Part shown: piece by piece, positions 43,701-58,700 of the stretch
Layout of the letters: every line of letters starts with the position of its first letter
Numbering within the stretch: position 1 is the stretch's first letter
Source of the DNA: Perna viridis
Taxonomy: Eukaryota
Length of the DNA: 64,000 bases
Direction of reading: 5' to 3'
NCBI GenBank assembly: GCA_037379345.1
Contig: CM074523.1
Span: forward strand, 30,767,678-30,831,677
Position numbers and translations under genes: made by a program
The notes under the pieces: model-generated
Told to the model about the DNA's origin: nothing
The model's input: only the letters and a program-made list of their open reading frames with translations
Database searches by the model: none

Positions 43701-46700
43701 GGTGATAACTCTACCAAAACTGTCAGACCATAACAAAATTAAATGCTAATTTGTTACATGTCAGGGAAATAAAAAAAAAAAAAAAAAACATCAAGATAGT
43801 CAAAAAAAAGTACGACTGCATAGATTTACAATGCATAAACATAGTACCCAATGCACTTCATCTGCTTAGTACTAAAAAAAAACTCACTGTATGGACTCTT
43901 TGGAATGACTGATTCCTCTCCCTCAAGGGGTTCAGAAACTCCAGCCTTGTTCTCAGCCTTGACCCTAACATAGTACTCTGTCTTCTCCACCAATTTTGTC
44001 ATGGTGTATTTAGTTGTTGTTGATTTAATTCTGTCTAAGTAGCTCCAAGAGACTTTGGATTTCTCACGTTTTTCCAACACATAGTGTGTGATTGGTGAGC
44101 CACCATCATCTTCACTTGGTTGCCAAGCAACAGTGACTGATGACCTCTGAATGTCCTTGAACTCTAGTGGTCCAACTGGTGGTGAGGGTGGTTCTGTAAG
44201 GGAAAATGACTTGTTTTAGATTTTCCATGATTCAAAAATAAAAAAAGGTGCAGAAAATTATAAAAAGGGGAAAGGGATTTTGATCTAAAATATGACAGGT
44301 GACATAAAGTCTTTATACTAAACTAAGGCCATTCAAAGTATATTTCTTAGTTCTCAGGCTATGAAACCTATTGGTAAGGCCATTCAAAGTTATTTGCTTG
44401 GTTCTCAGGCAAAGAAACCGATTGGTAAGGTCATCCTTAGTTCATCTCTTGGTTCTCAGGCTAAAGAACTTATTGGTAAGGCCACTCAAAGTTAACCTCC
44501 TGGTTCTCAGGCTAAAGAACTTATTGGTAAGGCCACTCAAAGTTAATCTCCTGGTACTCAGGCTAAAGAACTTATTGGTAAGGCCACTCAAAGTTAACCT
44601 CCTGGTTCTCAGGCTAAAGAACTTATTGCTAAGGCCACCCAAAAATAATTTCTTCATTCTCAGGCTATTTTTTACTGTTTTCATTGTTTCTGAAAAGTGC
44701 TGAGGATGCTTTTGATATTATATATCACCAGATGGAGTAAAAAATAGTTCTTTTGCTGTTACATGTATTTTACTGAAATGGCAATATCAATGGGTTAATC
44801 AACACTTTAAAAGAAAAAGATGGATGGCCTGAGAAACAAAGGTTGGTTCTTGTTGGCCTTAGCATAATAAAGTATCATAATTTCTAATCTCCAGAAAAGT
44901 TAATGAAATGCCTCTTAAAACAGCAAAAAATTCACATTAAAAAAAAAACATACTAATTGGCTGCTTAGGTGAGTAAGTCCTGTCTGTTTCCGCCTTTTCA
45001 CCCTTTCCAACCTCATTTTCTGCACAGACACCAATATAATATTTCTCCTTGGGGTTCAACTTCGTTATGGCAAAGTAAGTCTTGAATGAGTCGACAGATG
45101 TAATCTCAAACCATTTATCATCACTAGATTCTGATTTGATGTAAATATAGTATTTCTTGACTCTGGCCCCGCCATCTTTTGTTGGTGGTCGCCATTCGAT
45201 GGTGATTTCTGTTTCCGTGATGTTGGTTACCTTAAGGTTGTTTGGTGGTCCCGGGGCACCTGTTAAAAGTACACCTTTATTATAGAAAACAAAACTTTTC
45301 AACTAAAAAAATAAAAATACAAAACTTTTCAACTAAAAACAATCATAAAATACTATATAGATAGATATATATAGATTTAGAAAGGTCTGAAAAATTTCCA
45401 ACAATGTTAGAACTGTCAAATTTGGAACTGAAACTTGTACCACTTTGACATCTATGGCAAAACCGTCTGCACAAAGTCTAGTGCTCAAGACCACTAGGCC
45501 AGCTAGGCTATATAAAAATATAGCTTTCGCTGGCAAGGTCATTCCTCCTTGTAGGATATATTTAGGGTTGTAACTTAGTACTTGATGTATGGTAGTACAG
45601 GACAGCTCATCTAGGTGTTGTTATGTAGGATAGAGGATCAAATTAATGATACATGTCACAGCACAGAGGACCTCTTTGAGTGAAATAGTTGGTTTTTTTT
45701 TTTTAACTTTGCCTGATTCTTAAACAGACTTGTACATAACCTGTCCCTACTTACTTAGTTTCTTCTTTGGAGTAACAGATTCAGCTCCCTCTAGTGGCTG
45801 ACTTTCTCCCTCCGAGTTGACAGCCTTAATTCTGAAGATGTACTCATTATCCACGACAAGTTTCTTAGCAATGAACTTTGTTGTCTGTCCATCAACAGAA
45901 CCTGCCTTACCCCACATGCTGCGGCGAGATTCACGGACCTCGATGTTGTAGTTTGTAATAGGAGTTCCTCCATCAGATTTGGATGGTTTCCATGACAACT
46001 CGACAGAGTTTTCTGTCAGGTCTGAGAATTTCAGTGGTCCTTCTGGTGCTGAGGGTTTATCTGTCAATATATCAAAAAAATGTTTACCAATTCTTTTCTC
46101 AATATAATTATGGGAGACAATTCTACATTGAAGTAAGGAACTGGGAGTAGAGGAAGTTACATATAACATATCAGTATTAATATGAACAGCATGTTAACAA
46201 AATTTCAATTTATCTGCCAAACAATAAAAACTCCATTAAAATTTAGCATAAGCCAAGCCCTAATTAAAAAAAATAACACATAAGAAAAAAAAAAGATTTT
46301 TTTTTATACTGGCAAATCATTTAATTACATAATAATAAAAAATATAAGTAGACCTTTGAGTTGTAAAATCACCAAAAAAAAAATAAAAAACACGAAAAAT
46401 TCATCCAGACAACATTATTTATTCTTTTGAAAAACCATATAACATTGATTTTTGACAACCTATATTTTGGAAAATTTAAAACATTGCAAAAAAAAAAAGC
46501 TAACCAAATGGACTCTTCATTAGTATTGGTTTTGGCATTTCAAGGTTATCGCCCTGGCCATGTTTGTTGACAGCTGATACACGGAAATAAAACTCTTTCC
46601 CGATGTCAAGGTTTTTGACTGTGAGTTTCAAGGTGCTGCCATCAGTTTTCTCAACTCTAGACCACATAGATTTCTGGACGTCACGTTTCTCAATGACATA

Positions 46701-49700
46701 ACCTGTGATTGGTGATCCTCCATCTTCTTCTGGTGGTTGCCATGACAACTCAACTGTGTCACGTGACAAGACTTTGCCAATGAATGGGTGAGTTGGTGCA
46801 CTTGGTGGTCCTGAAATAGGAAGTTCATAGTGAAGTATATATTTTCACAAAATTTAAACAAAAATTAACTATATCAATTTAAAATTTGCCATTATTGTGC
46901 CAAAATCCATTATTACACGAATATTAAACTGTCATGAATATTTTCTTCGAAGAACATAACGGTACAATTTGATGAACTGTCGCAAATTTAAAACTAGGTG
47001 AAAGCAGATATATAGCAGAAACTGAAAAAAAAAAAATGGTGCAAAAATTTCACGGTTTACAGTATATAATGAAAAGTAAACTGAATCTAAATAATTCAAA
47101 AACTTGGCTTTACTTTACATCAGTATTCTAAACCTTGGTAAACCAAACATCTGTCTAATCTGAACATTTCCAAGTCCAAAAGAGACTTGAATCCCATTAT
47201 AATAGTTTCCTATCATGTTGCAGTCAATGGCTAATTGAATTGATTAGAATGCTATTCTATATTAATAAGCTCAATTCCTGAATTGGCAATACTTGCATTT
47301 TTTTTTATTTCTCTTTATGCAAACCTGTTGGGACAGTGCATGTAGGAAGTTATCCCTCATTGAGTGTATCTTGTTGGAGATTTTTTACATAAAAGCAAAC
47401 TTCTAATGTTAAAATTCAATTAATTAGAATTTTTCACAGAAAATATAGTAAATTTAACCAAACCCTCCAAAAAATCTCACTTTTTAGTGGGAGATTTTAA
47501 TTTTTTTTATTTATTTTGTAAATGTGGGATGATTAACAGGTATGTTATTAAGCCCCCTTACCAGTTGGTTTGGTAGGAGTGACCTCCCCTGATTCCAGTG
47601 GTTTGCTTTCTCCAGCCTTATTTACTGCAAATACTCTGAACTTGTATGTTTTTCCAGTAATTAGGTCACTGGCCTTGATTTTTGTAGTCTGACCATCACA
47701 GATTGTGACCTCTGTCCAGACCTTACTGTCCAAGGTCAACTCTACTCTGTAGCTTGTGATTGGAGCACCACCATCTTTTCTGGGTGGTGACCATTCAAGT
47801 GTTACCCCTGTCTCAAGAATGTGAGAGAATCTGATTGGTCCAATTGGAATCTCAGGTGCAGCTAAAAATAGAAAGACAGGTGAATCAAAAAAATAGTTAT
47901 CTATTCATACATTAACTTTATGATAAAACTAAATAAATTTTATTTCATAAAATTTTATACTTAAAAACAAAATTGTATTTCTCAAAGAAAGATGTATTTT
48001 TTTTTCAAAAAATGCATAGCCATTTTTTTCTGGGGGTAATTTTCATCCAGATTAATTGTTTTCCTTTGGTTATAAAAAAAACATTTTGAGAATTTTTTTC
48101 ATACAGTCAAAATTTGGGCACAAAGCACACAGTAATCAATTAATTTTGAATTAATTGACTTTATAGATACATACTGGCTTCCTTGACAAGTTGTATGGCT
48201 TGTGTTGTTTCTACTGGCTTAGATAATCCTTCATCATTCTCAGCTAAGAGTTTGAAGAAATAGTCAACTCCTTCTTTAAGACCTTCAACTGTGAACTCTG
48301 TAGATGGTGCTCTGATTTTTCTCTCCTTGACCCAGGACCCAAATTTCTTATCTTTCCTTTCCAGAAGATAGATCTTGATTGGTAAACCTCCATCTGATTC
48401 AGGTTCCTTCCAGGTTAAGGTCACTGTTGTAGGGGTTGTGTCCTTGACACCAAAGTTTTTGGGTGGTGATGGCACAGCTATTAAGTAGAAGAATAAGGCA
48501 TTAAATAAACTTGACTAACTTTTAATTTGATATTCATTACAAATTGTAATCATAATACTAGTTCCTAAATTCAGAATCAATATTTTAGAAAATATTAAAC
48601 AGAAGAATTGGATAATTAAAAATGTCATACTGTGAAAGTACTTCTTGGATACCAATTTTTGTGGATTACCTAAGAAACACAAATTCATTGATTCTTGAAT
48701 TTGTGGTTTTGAGGTTTTCAGGACACACATCAAGGGGAATCTGCTTTTCATTGGGAACCAAGTTTCTTGGTCTGGTTCATCCAGGAAAATTGGTACCCCA
48801 TGAACAATGGTATTTTCACAGTATTCATTTAATTGGGCTTTCTCTATATTTTGAAAACCCACCTTTAAAGCAACTGAAACACTACACTCATTTCTGAATT
48901 TATCAATATCAGTGGTTTTCATAGCCTTTTTTCAGAAATACTAAGTGCAAACTCACAAAGAGAATACCCTTCACTACAAATGGATTAAATGCTAAATGTA
49001 AAAACCCTAAAGTGGGATTATCTCCCTTTGTAGTCTTCCTATAATATATAATCATATTCCTTCAAGAACATTGAAATATGATGTTCAACATTCCTATAAA
49101 ATTTCATCCAAATCCATAATATGGTTTAGGAGGAGTTGTTCTAACAAGAAATGATAACAGACAGACAGACAGGTTGAGTCCTATGTACCTCAAACTTTCA
49201 TGGTATAAAAGACAGTTAGATAGACATGAGAATTACCATACACAATTTTATTACTTACAGTATGGACTCTTGGCTGTAAAGGAAGCTTCAGCATTCAATG
49301 GTGAAGATGGTCCTACATCATTTACAGCTCTGACCTGGACAAAATATTCCTGTCCTTCCTTCAATCCAGAAAGGTCAAAGTTTGTGACATTAGGCTTGGT
49401 CTTTCCAGCCTCCACAAATGAAGACTTCCATCCTTCTCTTTTCTCTATAATGTAGCCTGTGATTGGTGATCCACCATCTTTTTCACTTGGTTGCCATGAC
49501 AATTTGGCAGATGTTTTGTTGATGTCTAAGATTTCCAATGGTCCAACTGGTGCAGATGGAACTTCTATAAAAGTAAAAACAAAAAGTCTTCTTTGACAAA
49601 ATCAAAAAAATAAAAAGCAGAGTAATGCATGATATGATTGAGGTGGTATACTGGACAGAATAGGTAAGTATGAACACAAAATTCATCTTTGTTAGTAGCT

Positions 49701-52700
49701 CTTAAAATGGATTGTGATTAATTAATGGCGAAAAACATCTTCTGGCCAAAATGAAATAATATAATTAATATTGGTATTAGAGCTAAAATTATATCATTTA
49801 CTGGTAGCTTTTCAATTTTTCTACAGGACTCTTTACATTTTTATAAAATATATTTCTTAGTCTTGTATCATTGATTTTTGAGTAATGCCTGAAAAGTTCC
49901 AAAACTTCTTTTAATCCCATCTTATTTTTGAGCTTACCCTTTGGTTTTTCAACGTTGACTCCCGAATCAGTGACACCCTTATCACTGACCCCAACATCAT
50001 TCTCTGCAGTGACCCCAAAAATGTAGGCCACACCAAAGTCAAGGTTAGGAATGGTAAAGTTGGTCTTGTAAGTTTCTACATTTGCAACCTTGATCCAGTC
50101 ATCAGTCATTTCAACTCTCTTCCAAATAGTATAACGTCTGATCTTTGAACCTCCATCACTGACAGGTAGTGACCATTCTAGGTGGGCAGAGTTTTTGATG
50201 ACCTTGGCAACCTTGACATTTTGAGGTGGTGAAGGTGCAGCTGTAAATAATGGAACCAAATTTTCTTTATCCACATTCTAGGATTTTAAGCAAGTAATAT
50301 TAAGCAACTTATGGAAAAGTGGATTACATTTGAACTCAAAATATATTTATATACCTACATGTATTTACTATTGAAAATTGTTACTTAGTTTCCTCTATTA
50401 CACTGATGTATTTTCATCATATAAATTTTATGGGGTCACAGCCACATGGACATTGGTTAAAATTTTACTTCACCATTTCAAAGCACACACAAAAAATCTT
50501 TTCACTTGATTTATGTCCATCAATGTAAAATAAACAAGGCAATGCTTAAAATTCCATTATGGTCTTAAGAATATTTCAATAATATTCAAATTGGGTAAAT
50601 AAATAATGTGAAGACTTACTGAGTTTCTTTGTTGGCTTGGCAGATTTATCAGAGGTCAATGGTTCACCATGACCTTCAGCATTAACAGCTGACACACGGA
50701 ACAGATATTCATTGTTCAGAAGAAGTTTTCCTACAGTAAAGGTGGTGACCTCTGGTTTGACCTCTCCAACCTTTGACCAGTGTGCCCTGCGAACATCTCT
50801 TGATTCAAGGATATACTTTGTGAGCGGTGTGCCTCCATCACTCTTTGGTGGTTTCCATGACAATGTTGCAGAGTCAAGGGTAACATTGGAAATATCAAGT
50901 GGGCCCTGTGGTGCTGATGGTTTGTCTAAAAAGACACATATGAAAGATTAGCAAGATATTTAAGGCTGAACACATTTAAGCAATGTAAGATAAATGATAA
51001 TGTGTTCAAATTAAAAAAAGAATTTGGAAAAATCTACCAATAAAAAGTACATAAATGTAAATGTTTTCAAGTTATTGTACTTAATTTTGCATTTTGTAAA
51101 CTATGAACACATTGTCATCAACGGTATAAATTCATGCAAGAGTTTGATTAAATTTAATGTCAGACTTGACATACAATTTAAGGAGGTAGACCTAAGGTAA
51201 GGGACACAACTTATTGTCAAATCATTGAAATGTTTGTATTCAGCATTTTATATCAATCTCATATAAGAATCACAGTAACTTGGAATGATTTCAATCAGTT
51301 TTAAATGATAGCTTGAAAGGCTTTGGTGAAATTGAATTTGATACAAACATATCACTGATTTCAAGAGTTATGTCCCTTCTCCTAGGTCTACATCCTTAAC
51401 TGAATACAGAGCAAAACCAATCTTACCATATGGACTCTTGATTGTGACAGTCTTCTCTGTCTCCAGTGGTTCACTGACACCAACTTTGTTCTCAGCCATG
51501 ACACGGAACATATAATCAACATTTTCCATCAATTTCTGTACACAGTAAGAAGTTATACTTGGCTCTACCATAGCAACCTTCTTCCAGATGTTACGCTTGG
51601 CTTCCCTAACTTCTATGATGTAGCTTGTCAGTGGTGTGCCTCCATCATTTTCTGGTGCTTGCCATTCAATCTTGGCGGAGTCCCTCTGGATGTCAGAGAC
51701 GTTCAGTGGACCAACTGGTTTGGATGGTTTGCCTACAAATGGAATATTGACACAATATTTTGAGCTATTCAAATTTAAATTCCAATTAGACGAGGAAAAA
51801 AAGTGTCAATTGATATTAATGCTTCAGCAATTTTTTTTAGCATTCCCTGGTATAATTTTAATCATGAGAATAACTTTAATTTCACGAGATATCCAATCAA
51901 TATTTTACCTGCTGGTTTCTTAGGAGTAACTGGTCCTGATTCTAATGGTTTGCTATCACCCACTTTGTTGACAGCAATAATCCTGAAGGTGTAGATGTGT
52001 CCCTCCTCTAAATTCTTTGCAGTATATTTCTTGTCAAATTTGTCAACCTTAGATATTTCTAACCAATCACCATCATCCTTAGATTGTAGGATTCTGTAAG
52101 CAGTGACTGGACTTCCTCCATCTTCTTTGGGAGGTGACCAATCAAATGTGGCAGAATCTGCTGTTACCATGGTGAAGTGGACTGGTCCTACTGGTGCAGA
52201 TGGTGGAACTGGGAGTAGAGGAAGTTATATATAACATACAGACTTTTACCAGTTGAAAACAATTGAATTAAATTTGTTTATAGGTTAATTATTTTTAGAA
52301 AAAAAGTTAAGAAATTACTATGAGATTACATGTTCTGTTGCAATTCTTAGCTTATATTAAGCTGCCATATTTAACCTTTTTTGTGAAATATCATAGATAT
52401 AAAATGAAAGATGTTGAAAAATAAACACTGAGTGTGAGTTTGATTGCATAAAGTTAAATACACCTGTAAAAAATGTAAACAAACAATATCACAACAAACA
52501 AAACACATAATTATCCAAACTTTAGTAAAATGCAAAAGTCAAACAAAAATAAGCACCTGCATCCCGACAAACCAACACAGCTTCAGCAGATTGGAGTGGC
52601 TCACTCATTCCCTTCTTGTTCTCAGCAAACACACGGAACAAGTACTCAGAGCCTTCCTTTAAGTTCTGCACACAATACGTTCTAATTTTAGGCTTCAATT

Positions 52701-55700
52701 TTTCTACTTTCTTCCATGATTTTTGTTTAATGTCCAGTTTTTCAACGTGGTATGCTGTTAGTTCAAGTCCTCCATTGTTTTTCGGTGGTCGCCATGAGAT
52801 AGTTACACTCTTGTGAGTAACATCCATGATGGTCATTGGTCCCTCCGGCGCTGATGGCACAGCTAAATCACAGCAAATAGGCAAAGATCATAAGCAACAC
52901 AAAAATGCAAACCACACAATAACAACTTATAATTATAACTCTATTTCCATTATCATTATTAAAAAAACTGTTGAGAATATTGGAAAAAAAATACCCAAAG
53001 TGTTAATAATAGAAAATTCTAAGTACATGGCCTAAATATGGAAACATAATCAATAACCTAACAGCAGTAATTTGTGGATGCCAAATTTTGTGATTAATGC
53101 TCGGTGAATAGAGGTATTAAGTAGCTGTCTATGTAAGAATCATGCAAAATCTGAAAAATGTGATACACCCCAAAAAAGACTACATATTTTTATTTTTGTT
53201 TTATGCGTCTATACCATGGAATGTGTAATTATTCATTCAAATCTGCCTGCTCTTAGGAGATAATCAACATTGATAATCCAGTAGATTATATTGTATTTGA
53301 GCGTCATTTACAGAGTTATCTCCCTTAATTTTGAAATCTACAATGCATTCTATATAATTTTTATCTGATATGAGCACAGGCTTTATGAAAAACTACATGT
53401 TAATTTCTGTTTACTATGACATTTAAAACAAAATATCGAAAACAAAAATATGTAGGCCTTTTAACCATAAACCATATTTTGCATGATCCTTAGCTGGAGT
53501 GCTACTTCAATTTTTGTGGTCTTTATTTATTTTTTGTCTTCAGATTTAAAAGATTGAAATTCATATATAAAATATCTGGGCTTAAATTAAGTGAATTTTT
53601 ATTTTGACGATTCCCCAAACCTCATAAATATATATTGAAAATTACAATCTCAAGAACATTTTCCGATAAACAGTATTCAGGTTAAAAACAGACTTCAAGA
53701 GAATAGCATTTTACTTTTAATTTGAAAGTTAATTAGTAAAATAGAAAACAAATTTAAAAAAAAACAACCTTTTTTTCACTGCACCACTGCAAAATTACAT
53801 GCAAAAAATTTTCTGAGTAAAATCTGAAAACTCTTACCTGTAGGACTCTTAGGAGTAACACCTTTTGGAGTATCAATGTAGTCAGATTTCCCTACGGCAT
53901 TCTCTGCACAGACACGGAAATAGTAATCTTTTCCTTCCTTTAATTTGTCAACTGTCAGTTTACATGTCTCTCCATCAGTTTTACCACATGGTGAATATTT
54001 GGCCCTGATGCCTTCACGACTTTCAATGATGTAGTTGGTAATAGGTGATCCACCATCTTTAGGACTTGGTTTCCATGACAATGTGACCTTGTCCTTAGAG
54101 ATGTCAGAGACCTCTAGTGGGCCTTCTGGTGCTGCCGGTTTTTCTAAAAGGAAGTTTATTCTTGGTTGTATATAACATTCAATGATTTAAAAAAATACAT
54201 TGGGACTTCCATCCTTACACAATGGACTGTGAATCAAGTGAAAAACCATTATAAATGTTTTATGAAAAATGAATTATGGAGTTTTATATCATGACAAAAT
54301 TTCAGACTTTCCCACTTAAATAGCTGTCTATGCAAGAATCATGCAAAATCTGAAAAATGTGATACACCCCAAAAAAGGCTACATATTTTTATTTTTGTAA
54401 TTAAGTTGTTTTATGGTTCTATACTATGAAATGTGTAATTATTCATTCAAATCTGCCAGCTCTTAGGAGATAATCAACATTGAAAATCCAATAGATTCTT
54501 TCGTATGAGAGAGTCATTTACAGAGTAATCTCCCTTAATTTTGAAATCTACAGTGCATTCTATATAATTTTTATCTCCTAAGAACACTGGTTATATGAAA
54601 AACTGAATGTTAATTTTTGTTTCCTAAGGCAAATCAAACAAGATATCAAAAATAAAAAATATGTAGATTTTTACCCATGAATCACATTTTGCATGAATAT
54701 TAGCTGGAGTGCTACTTAAATCAAAGCTGCTCTTCTCCTAAAAGCTGTTAGTACATGATGTGATTTTTTGTAAAAAATGACTTGACCGAAAAAAGTTACT
54801 CCTGAAACTAAACCAAACAGAAAATGTATTTGACAAATCAACTCACCCTTAGGTTTCATTGGTTTTACAGCCTCCTCAGTCACAGCTTGTGGACCGATTC
54901 CAGCCTCATTTTCAGCAGCTACAGCAAAATAGTACTCCATTCCTTCCTCTAGATTATTTACAGTGTAATTTTCCTCATAGTTCTTGACCTTGGCAATATC
55001 TGTCCAGTCATGAGGTTGATCTTTAGCCATTCTGATGTGATAAGCAGTGACCTTGGAGTTGCCATCTGATTTGGGTTTACCCCATTTTAGGTCAGCAAAC
55101 TTAGGTGTAGACTTGGCGATCTTCAGTCCTGTTGGTGCACTTGGTTTGCCTAAGAAAAAAGTGACATTTTTAAAAACTTTTTTTATGATGTTATGATGTT
55201 ATGTTCACTGGTAGCAGACGGTTGGAATTCACCTTTCAATGGAAAACTTTTAAAATTGTGTACAAAATTTGGGCAAAAAAGAACAATGATAACCTGTATC
55301 CCCTCTTCTATAATTTTCACAATCAGTTTTCAACAGCATTCCTCCTTTACTCAGATAGGATCTTCTTCATAAGTAGTGTTTAAAAAATTGATTTAATTTT
55401 TTCCTGGTTTATATATCAAGTAACACAATGGATGTTATAAATTCTTGAATAATTTAGTTTACTGAATTATCTCCCTTTAACAATTATTCTTATACAACTC
55501 ACTAATTTCCTTTGTAGGTTTGACCTTGTCTGTTATCACTAATGGTGAACTTTGACCTTCTTTGTTGACAGCAATAACCTGGTAGACATATTCATTGCCG
55601 ACCAACAAATCTCGGATGGTGAATTCATTGGATGTTGGTTGAACTTCCCCAACCTTTTTGAATGTGGCTCTCTTTGTGTCACGGCCTTCAATGATGTATT

Positions 55701-58700
55701 TGGTCAGCGGGGTGCCACCATCACTCTTTGGTGGTTTCCATGACAACACTGCAGTCTTTTCTGTGACATCAGATGCAAGCAGCGGTCCTTGTGGTGCAGA
55801 TGGTTTGTCTGAAATTTGAGAGAATTTTGTTTCTATAAAGTAGCCTCTTTTAAAAGTAGAAAAAACATGTACCTCTGCCAATAGTATAGGTAATCATAGT
55901 ATGATTTCAATGTTAAAAAAATAAATAAATATAAGAAAAAATCAGGTATCTCCAGTGATACGGGAAGGTCAATTATCATTTTACAGGTTTTTTTTGCTTT
56001 TTAAGACAGATGAAAAAAAATTAAATTGCAGAGGATTCATCAGTACTCAAGATTAAAATTGTCTGTATAATTTTACTACACTATCTTACCATAAGGACTC
56101 TTGGCCTTGTATTTATTTTCAGACTCCAATGGTTTACTAGGTCCAACTTTGTTTTCTGCTGTTACTCTATATATGTATTCTTTGTTCTCTGTCAACTTCT
56201 CCGCCAAACAGGAAGTGACATCAGGTCCTACCTTAGCAACAGGAGTCCACATATTCCTGTTTGCTTCACGTTTCTCAATAGTGTAGCCAGTGACAGGTGA
56301 GCCTCCATCTGATTTAGGTGGTTGCCATGACAATGACATTGATTCCTTTTGAATGTTCTTGACCTCAAGTGGTCCTTCAGGCATTTCTGGAGCAGATTTT
56401 GCTTTTTCAATCTTTATTTCCTCAGATGTCAGAGGTTTGCTAGGTCCAGCTTTGTTGACAGCAGTTACACGGAATGTATATTGCTTTCCATCTTGTAAGT
56501 CCTTGACCTTGAAACTGTTTGTAAATTTGTCAACTTTCCCAAGAGGGATCCATTTTTCTCCATCAGTGGAGGACTCAATGATGTACTCAGTGATGGGTGA
56601 TCCACCATCTTGGTCAGGTGACTTCCATGAGAGATCACATGACTTGGGTGTGATGTTTGATACCTTGAGAGGTCCTCTTGGTATATCTGGTACAGCTGAA
56701 AAAAAAGTAAATATTTCAAATAATATCAGAAAAGAAGATTTATTTATATATTTTCATACTGTAGGTTTGCCAAAATTTTATTCCTGGAATTTTTAAATTT
56801 TGTATTTAAAATTCACAATTTGGACTTTGTGTCATTATTTTACTTTTTAGTTTAATTTGAAGCAGGCATGATTTTATGAGGTCTACAAACAAAGTGGAAA
56901 TTAGCAAAATCAGAATTAAATATACAGTAAAAAAAGAATCATAATGGTAAAATCAGGATTTGAAATAGCAGAATTTTGCTAAAACGGAAAAAAAATCATG
57001 TCTGTTGAAGAAGTGTCATTGTTGTGACCATGGATTTTATTACTTATGTTGTCTGTGCCTTTCAGGGCCTTCCTTAAGGAGGTAGAACTAGGATAAGGGA
57101 CATAACTCATGAAATCAGTGATATGTTTGTATCATATTCAATTTCACCAAAGCCTCTCAAGCTTTTGTTTGAAGCAGAATAAAATGAATCCAAGTTAATT
57201 AGATGCTTACATAAGATTGATGTAAAATGCTGAATACAAACATTCCAATAATTTGACAAAGAGTTGTGTCCCTTACTCTAGGTCTACCTCCTTAAAGGTG
57301 TAAGGGGAGGATTGTCGTGGTTTTTTTTTATATTCATTGTTATTCATTTTAGGGTTTTTTTTCCTATAGATAAGGTTGATTTTCATCTTTTATGAATAGT
57401 TTCACTTCATTTATTTTGGGCCTTTTACAGTTTTATGGTAAGGGTTTTACCCATCATTAAAGACCATGTGGTTGGATGACTGTCTCATTGGCAATCATAC
57501 CACATCTATTTTTTTATATTGAGTAGTATATGTTCTTAAAAGAGTTGCAATTATGCATGTTCGTATCAAAGTCTGATGTAAAACTTACCAATTTCTTTCT
57601 GTGGTTTGACCTTGTCCTTGCCTTGAAGTGGTGAACTTTGACCTTCTTTGTTAACAGCAATGACCTGGAACTGATACTCTGTACCAACAGCCAGATCCCT
57701 AGCTGTGAACTCATTGTCAGTGGGTTTGACATCTCCAACCTTTCTCCATGTTGATTTTCTGGTATCCCTGGCCTCAATGATGTAACCGGTCAATGGAAGG
57801 CCTCCATCACTCTTTGGTGGTTTCCATGACAACTTTGCAGATTTGTCAGTAACATCTGTGATTTCAAGTGGACCTTCTGGTGAAGATGGTTTGTCTAAAA
57901 GTATAAATTACACAAAGCCATCAGATCACTCAGTATTAAATATGTAATGAATGGTCTGTTTTTTTTCTTTTATTTGTCCTGTTGACCCTCCCACATTAAG
58001 GGGGACTACCAAAAAAACAGAAATAAAGAATCTACCACATAAAAATGTAAGACCTATGGGAGATTTTTGGTAAAAATTACAATATTTTTTATTAAAAATT
58101 CTATTGAACTTTTACAGAAAAAATTTTTTAAAATGCTTTAATGTAAAAATCTCCCACAGGAGACACTTGTCAATGGAGAGAATTGTTCCAAAGGTTAAGA
58201 GGAATGCATTGACATATGACTATTTTATTTTCTATATCGTACTTTGTTGAATATCAATCAGTAGTATTACTGAAAGGAAATCAATCAAACAAAACAACTA
58301 ATGGAATTTCTCTATTTCTTAGTAGCAAACTCACCATAAGGACTCTTGGCTGTATGAGCCTTGTCTGTTTCCAGTGGTTTACTGGATCCTTTTTTGTTCT
58401 CAGCTACAACTCTGAACAGGTAGTCCTTTCCATCCAGGAGTTTGTCTGCCACACAGGAAGTGACATCACCATTTAGTCTCTGTACTGGTGTCCACATGTT
58501 CCTGTTGGGTTCACGTTTCTCAACAGTATAACCTGTAATTGGTGAGCCTCCATCTGATTTAGGTGGTTGCCATGACAATGACATTGAGTCTTTTTGAATG
58601 TCCTTGACTTCTAGTGGTCCTTCAGGCATGTCAGGAGCAGTTGGTTCTTTCCCAACCTTAACGGTGTCAGAGGTCAAAGGTTTACTTGGTCCAACCTTGT

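Noticed and set aside
44371-44703. 110-aa and 80-aa repetitive ORFs
   Set aside because: Translation of the 51-bp tandem array
48515-48922. 135-aa intronic ORF on the gene strand
   Set aside because: Overlaps the 48628-48823 MITE, has no Ig/FN3 motif, and flanking exons join in phase without it
56353-56796. Plus-strand ORFs of 60-150 aa over FN3/Ig exons (also 58598, 59410, 63170, 40593)
   Set aside because: Antisense shadows of codon-biased coding exons; they track the exons and have no independent motifs or splice structure
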